The notes beneath the pieces are model-generated. The model was given only the letters and a program-made list of their open reading frames with translations. It had not been told where the DNA came from and did not search any database. DNA of 63,267 nucleotides, from the NCBI GenBank assembly GCA_003696425.1, contig RFHI01000055.1, forward strand, positions 1 through 63,267. Reading direction: 5' to 3'. The first letter of the stretch is position 1. Every line of letters begins with the position of its first letter. Origin of the DNA: Candidatus Dadabacteria bacterium. Lineage in GTDB: Bacteria > Bdellovibrionota_C > UBA2361 > J046. The translations under genes and the position numbers were made by a program. Shown here piece by piece: positions 60,224 to 63,267 of this stretch.

Positions 60224-61147
60224 TTATTTCAGCACTACCCCCGATAGCTCCGCCAGATAATACAGCCCTGCCCGTCCCCTGACAGTATCGCTCAAATGCG
60301 CCAGGCCACGCAGAGCTTTCTTAAAATCCTCAAGCGGCTCTTTCCTATAGCGCAGTTCAGGATATTCATTCTCTTTTAATGGTTTACCAAGCTCATCAAA
60401 GACAGCGCGGGCAGCAGTACGTACACCACCGAAACCATCGACTAATCCAAGCTTTTTAGCATCACTACCAACTATTACACGTCCGTCGGCAAACTCTTTT
60501 ACTTTCTCAAGTGGCAACCCGCGTCCTTTCACGACAGCATCTACGAACTGGGCATGAACTTTCTTCACTGTACTTTCGAGAAAGGCTTTCTCTTCAGGCT
60601 TCATCCCTCTGAAAGGATTGCCAACATCCTTCATTTTACCGCTTTTTACGGTGACCATCTTAAACCCGTACTTATCTGCAATAGCGCTAAAATTAGGCAC
60701 CTGCAAGATAACACCTATTGAACCTGTCAGTGTTCCCGGCTGACAGAAAATTTTAGAAGCACCAAGCGCAGAGTAAAAACCTCCGGATGCCGCCACACTT
60801 CCCATGGAGGCTATTACCGGTTTGATCTTTTTAATTTTTCTTACAGCATCGTAAATATCCTGGGAGGGACCAACAGCACCTCCTGGGGAATTAATCCTAA
60901 GCACTATCCCTTTAACTTCCTTATCTCTTGCTTGTTTATAAAGTTCATTTACAACATCTTTGGACGACTCAATTTCGCCTTCCAGCTCAACCACAGCGAC
61001 TACATTTTTCCCGCTACCAACCAGGTTCTTACCTTCGATAAGCGATTCCATTGCCACCAGTACAACTGCAGCAAAGACTGGAACCACCAGAAACACAACC
61101 AGTAATACCGTCAAGAACTTCGCGAGCCAGATAAAATATTCTTTCAT
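60224..61147 (-). CDS. sppA: signal peptide peptidase SppA, 36K type
   Basis: 307 aa with an N-terminal TM helix. RINSPGGAV, ASGGFY and GSIGV (Ser/Lys dyad context). Confidence 0.85.
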   Translation of the reverse strand: MKEYFIWLAKFLTVLLVVFLVVPVFAAVVLVAMESLIEGKNLVGSGKNVVAVVELEGEIESSKDVVNELYKQARDKEVKGIVLRINSPGGAVGPSQDIYDAVRKIKKIKPVIASMGSVAASGGFYSALGASKIFCQPGTLTGSIGVILQVPNFSAIADKYGFKMVTVKSGKMKDVGNPFRGMKPEEKAFLESTVKKVHAQFVDAVVKGRGLPLEKVKEFADGRVIVGSDAKKLGLVDGFGGVRTAARAVFDELGKPLKENEYPELRYRKEPLEDFKKALRGLAHLSDTVRGRAGLYYLAELSGVVLK

Positions 61148-61159
61148 CGTTCTAGGTCT

Positions 61160-61732
61160 CTAACTAAACAGTTGTTGTTCTATTAAGCCACACAAGATAT
61201 GTCCAATCATTATATGACTCTCCTGAATACGTGCTGTATTATCCGAAGGTACAACAATACTGAGATCGGCAATATCCTTTAAACGACCACCCCCTTTCCC
61301 AGTTAAAACAGCTGTAAAGGCTCCGTTTTTTTTGCCCTGTTCAATGCCCTTAACGACATTCACTGAATTGCCGCTGGTACTAAGCCCCAAGACGACATCC
61401 TTATTAGTTGCTAGCCCCTCCACTTGCCTCTCAAAAACCTGGTCAAAGCTCCAGTCATTACCAACTGCGGTAAGCAACGAGGAGTTAGTAGTAAGCGCTA
61501 TTGCCAGCAGACAACGTCTTTCTTTCATTTCAAACTGATGCACCAATTCTGTCTCAATATGCTGTGCGTCAGCTGCACTACCCCCATTGCCAAACAGTAG
61601 CAGCTTGCCTCCGTCCTGATACGACTTGACCAGCCTATCCGCAAGTTCTTCAATTCCTTCTACAAGCTCTTCAAGGACCTTTGTTTTAACAGCAATACAG
61701 TCTCTAATGGATTGCTCGATATATTTCTTCAT
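61160..61732 (-). CDS. gmhA: D-sedoheptulose-7-phosphate isomerase
   Basis: 190 aa. FGNGGSAADAQH, LSTSGNS and the SIS-domain pattern. Confidence 0.85.
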   Translation of the reverse strand: MKKYIEQSIRDCIAVKTKVLEELVEGIEELADRLVKSYQDGGKLLLFGNGGSAADAQHIETELVHQFEMKERRCLLAIALTTNSSLLTAVGNDWSFDQVFERQVEGLATNKDVVLGLSTSGNSVNVVKGIEQGKKNGAFTAVLTGKGGGRLKDIADLSIVVPSDNTARIQESHIMIGHILCGLIEQQLFS

Positions 61733-61749
61733 CGAACTTAATTATCTGC

Positions 61750-62835
61750 TTAGAATTCGTTAATTGCAACAGCCTTTCTGGCAGACTCCAACAATTCGCT
61801 TGCATGAGAATGATCAGGTTTAAAGCGCATAGCAATATCCCAGACTCTTCGTAAATACAGATGTAAGTCAAATTCCCAGGTAAATCCTATACCGCCATGC
61901 AGCTGAATAGCCTTTTCAACCACTGAAGGTCCGTATCTAACTGCCAGGGTAATGGCAGCAGATGATGCCAGGCTGAGCTGCTCCGTGGAACTATCTACCG
62001 CCCAGGCAGCAAAATCAGTTAGAGCAGTCAGTGCCTCTGTTTTGAGATACATCTCAGAAGCACCGTGCTGCACCGCCTGAAACCCTCCTACCGGCACACC
62101 AAACTGCTTGCGTTCCTTTGTATATTCCACAGTCATTTCCACAGCACGAGAGGCCGCTCCGGAAATCTCTGCCGATTTAATAATACGATAAAAAGCAGTA
62201 AATTCCTGTGGCGTTATCCCCTCAAGCTTATGGGCTACTGTTTCACTGAATGCCAGGTTGCTTAATGCACTTGTGAGATCAAGAGAGCCGCAGGCACTAA
62301 CCTGAACAGATTCATCATTTTTGTAAGAGCCAACCAAAAAGAGACCATCTTTGGACACTATCAGAAGAATATCTCCCGTTTCTACGGCAGCCACATATTT
62401 TGCCTCTCCACTAATTTTTGCTGTACCGTTTTTAGATTCCTTAATTTCAAGATCTGTCCTGCTAGCTGAAAGCACGAGTGGAACAACCTTTTGCCTGCCG
62501 GCTAAAATATCGTCCCTGAGGACACTATCACCTCCCCCTGTTTTAGAGGCAAGATACGGTCCCGCCAGAATTATTTCAGCTATACATTCCGGGAATAGCG
62601 CTCTACCAGCCTGATACGCTATCGCCGAAAGCCCCTGGAAAGAGGGTCTACAGTCTGGATCAGCACCGAATATTTCCAGCACACCCAGTTCATCAATTTT
62701 TTTCCAGAGCCTGGTGTCGTTTCTTATTTTATTATTAATGCGCTCACGTAAATATTCTGATGATATCTGTTCAGAAAAAAACTTCCTTACAGTATTTTCA
62801 AGCTCCAGCTCTTCTTCGGTCAAAAAATATCCCAT
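61750..62835 (-). CDS. acyl-CoA dehydrogenase family protein
   Basis: 361 aa. C-terminal FGVPVGGFQAVQH and HGGIGFTWEFDLHLYLRR are typical of ACAD family members. Confidence 0.7.
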   Translation of the reverse strand: MGYFLTEEELELENTVRKFFSEQISSEYLRERINNKIRNDTRLWKKIDELGVLEIFGADPDCRPSFQGLSAIAYQAGRALFPECIAEIILAGPYLASKTGGGDSVLRDDILAGRQKVVPLVLSASRTDLEIKESKNGTAKISGEAKYVAAVETGDILLIVSKDGLFLVGSYKNDESVQVSACGSLDLTSALSNLAFSETVAHKLEGITPQEFTAFYRIIKSAEISGAASRAVEMTVEYTKERKQFGVPVGGFQAVQHGASEMYLKTEALTALTDFAAWAVDSSTEQLSLASSAAITLAVRYGPSVVEKAIQLHGGIGFTWEFDLHLYLRRVWDIAMRFKPDHSHASELLESARKAVAINEF

Positions 62836-63125
62836 TATAACATTCCCAACATTCCTTTTACTTCATCACTCGGCTGCCAGGGAGGATCGAAAACTACCTT
62901 TACTTCAACATTTTCGACGCCCTCAATTTCTGACACTTTTTGGCGTACCTGGTCCACCAGCATTGGTCCGGCCGGACAGGCAGGCGTTGTGAAAGTCATC
63001 TCAATATTAACTGTACTGCCATCAATTTCAATATTATAAACAAGCCCAAGAAACCAGATGTCCAAAAAAATCTCCGGATCCTCAATTGTCTGTAGAACTT
63101 CTATGATCTGTTCACGTGTTACCAT
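62835..63125 (-). CDS. DUF59/SufT-like metal-sulfur cluster assembly protein
   Basis: 96 aa. V.DPE....I..LGL+Y.+ and the TTPACPAG motif. Confidence 0.75.
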   Translation of the reverse strand: MVTREQIIEVLQTIEDPEIFLDIWFLGLVYNIEIDGSTVNIEMTFTTPACPAGPMLVDQVRQKVSEIEGVENVEVKVVFDPPWQPSDEVKGMLGML

Positions 63126-63267
63126 ATGAATTCTGTCAATTTTAGGTGATAGTAATAGGTTACAGTCTCAACAAACAAGGTCAGCTTTAAAGCACATACA
63201 AGTGCTAAGAAATTTACTCTCTTCAAAATATTACACAAATTATGCCTGAGAGTACAAGTAACCGGCC

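Noticed and set aside
1-63267. Scan for tRNA, rRNA, tmRNA, RNase P and SRP RNA genes, CRISPR arrays, integrases, toxin-antitoxin pairs and long direct repeats
   Set aside because: None was recognised by eye: no T-arm GGTTCGAATCC-type motifs, no regularly spaced repeats and no tyrosine or serine recombinase motifs. A computational scan (tRNAscan-SE, Infernal, CRISPR detection tools) is still needed to exclude them.

Overview
This 63.3-kb window looks like Gram-negative chromosomal DNA. Housekeeping markers are ispG, gmhA (heptose LPS), mqnA/ubiE-type menaquinone genes, alpha2-type glycyl-tRNA synthetase, sppA and pabAB. I found no rRNA, tRNA or CRISPR array by eye. The main feature (about 20.6-35.8 kb) is a highly diverged type IV secretion/conjugation-like locus. 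Its minus strand carries a TraL-TraE-TraK-TraB-TraV-(N0-type lipoprotein)-TraC core. That core is followed by small envelope proteins, a bPH membrane protein, a coiled-coil/SH3 protein, an M23 peptidase and a pilin-like gene. A 330-bp AT-rich divergent intergenic region holds a GC-rich hairpin cluster. The plus-strand operon encodes a 686-aa polytopic protein and a TraD/VirD4-type coupling ATPase. I recognise no relaxase, integrase, VirB11, TraG/VirB6, TraN, TraH, TraF or TraW in the window. A TraU-like plus TrbC-like pair sits 18 kb away at the left edge, separated from the main locus by housekeeping-like genes. Downstream of the coupling protein are cargo-like genes: a small unknown protein, a glycosylasparaginase-type Ntn hydrolase, an 898-aa HExxH protein with an internal duplication, and a Hef/RIG-I-like SF2 helicase paired with an RNase D/WRN-type exonuclease. 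pabAB and a nitrilase-family gene follow, then a heavily degraded IS66 remnant. Other notable items:
- a RibBA-like protein that has lost the catalytic motifs of both domains
- MqnA fused to a radical-SAM-like barrel lacking the CxxxCxxC motif, next to a second cluster-less paralog
- an ArnC/ArnD/ArnT-like aminosugar modification operon
- a membrane pseudokinase
- an orphan FlhB C-terminal-domain protein
- an unannotated 52-aa membrane ORF
- a terminator-bounded candidate sRNA
- an A15 tract inside a CDS
All functional calls come from motif recognition by eye and need HMM or structure confirmation.
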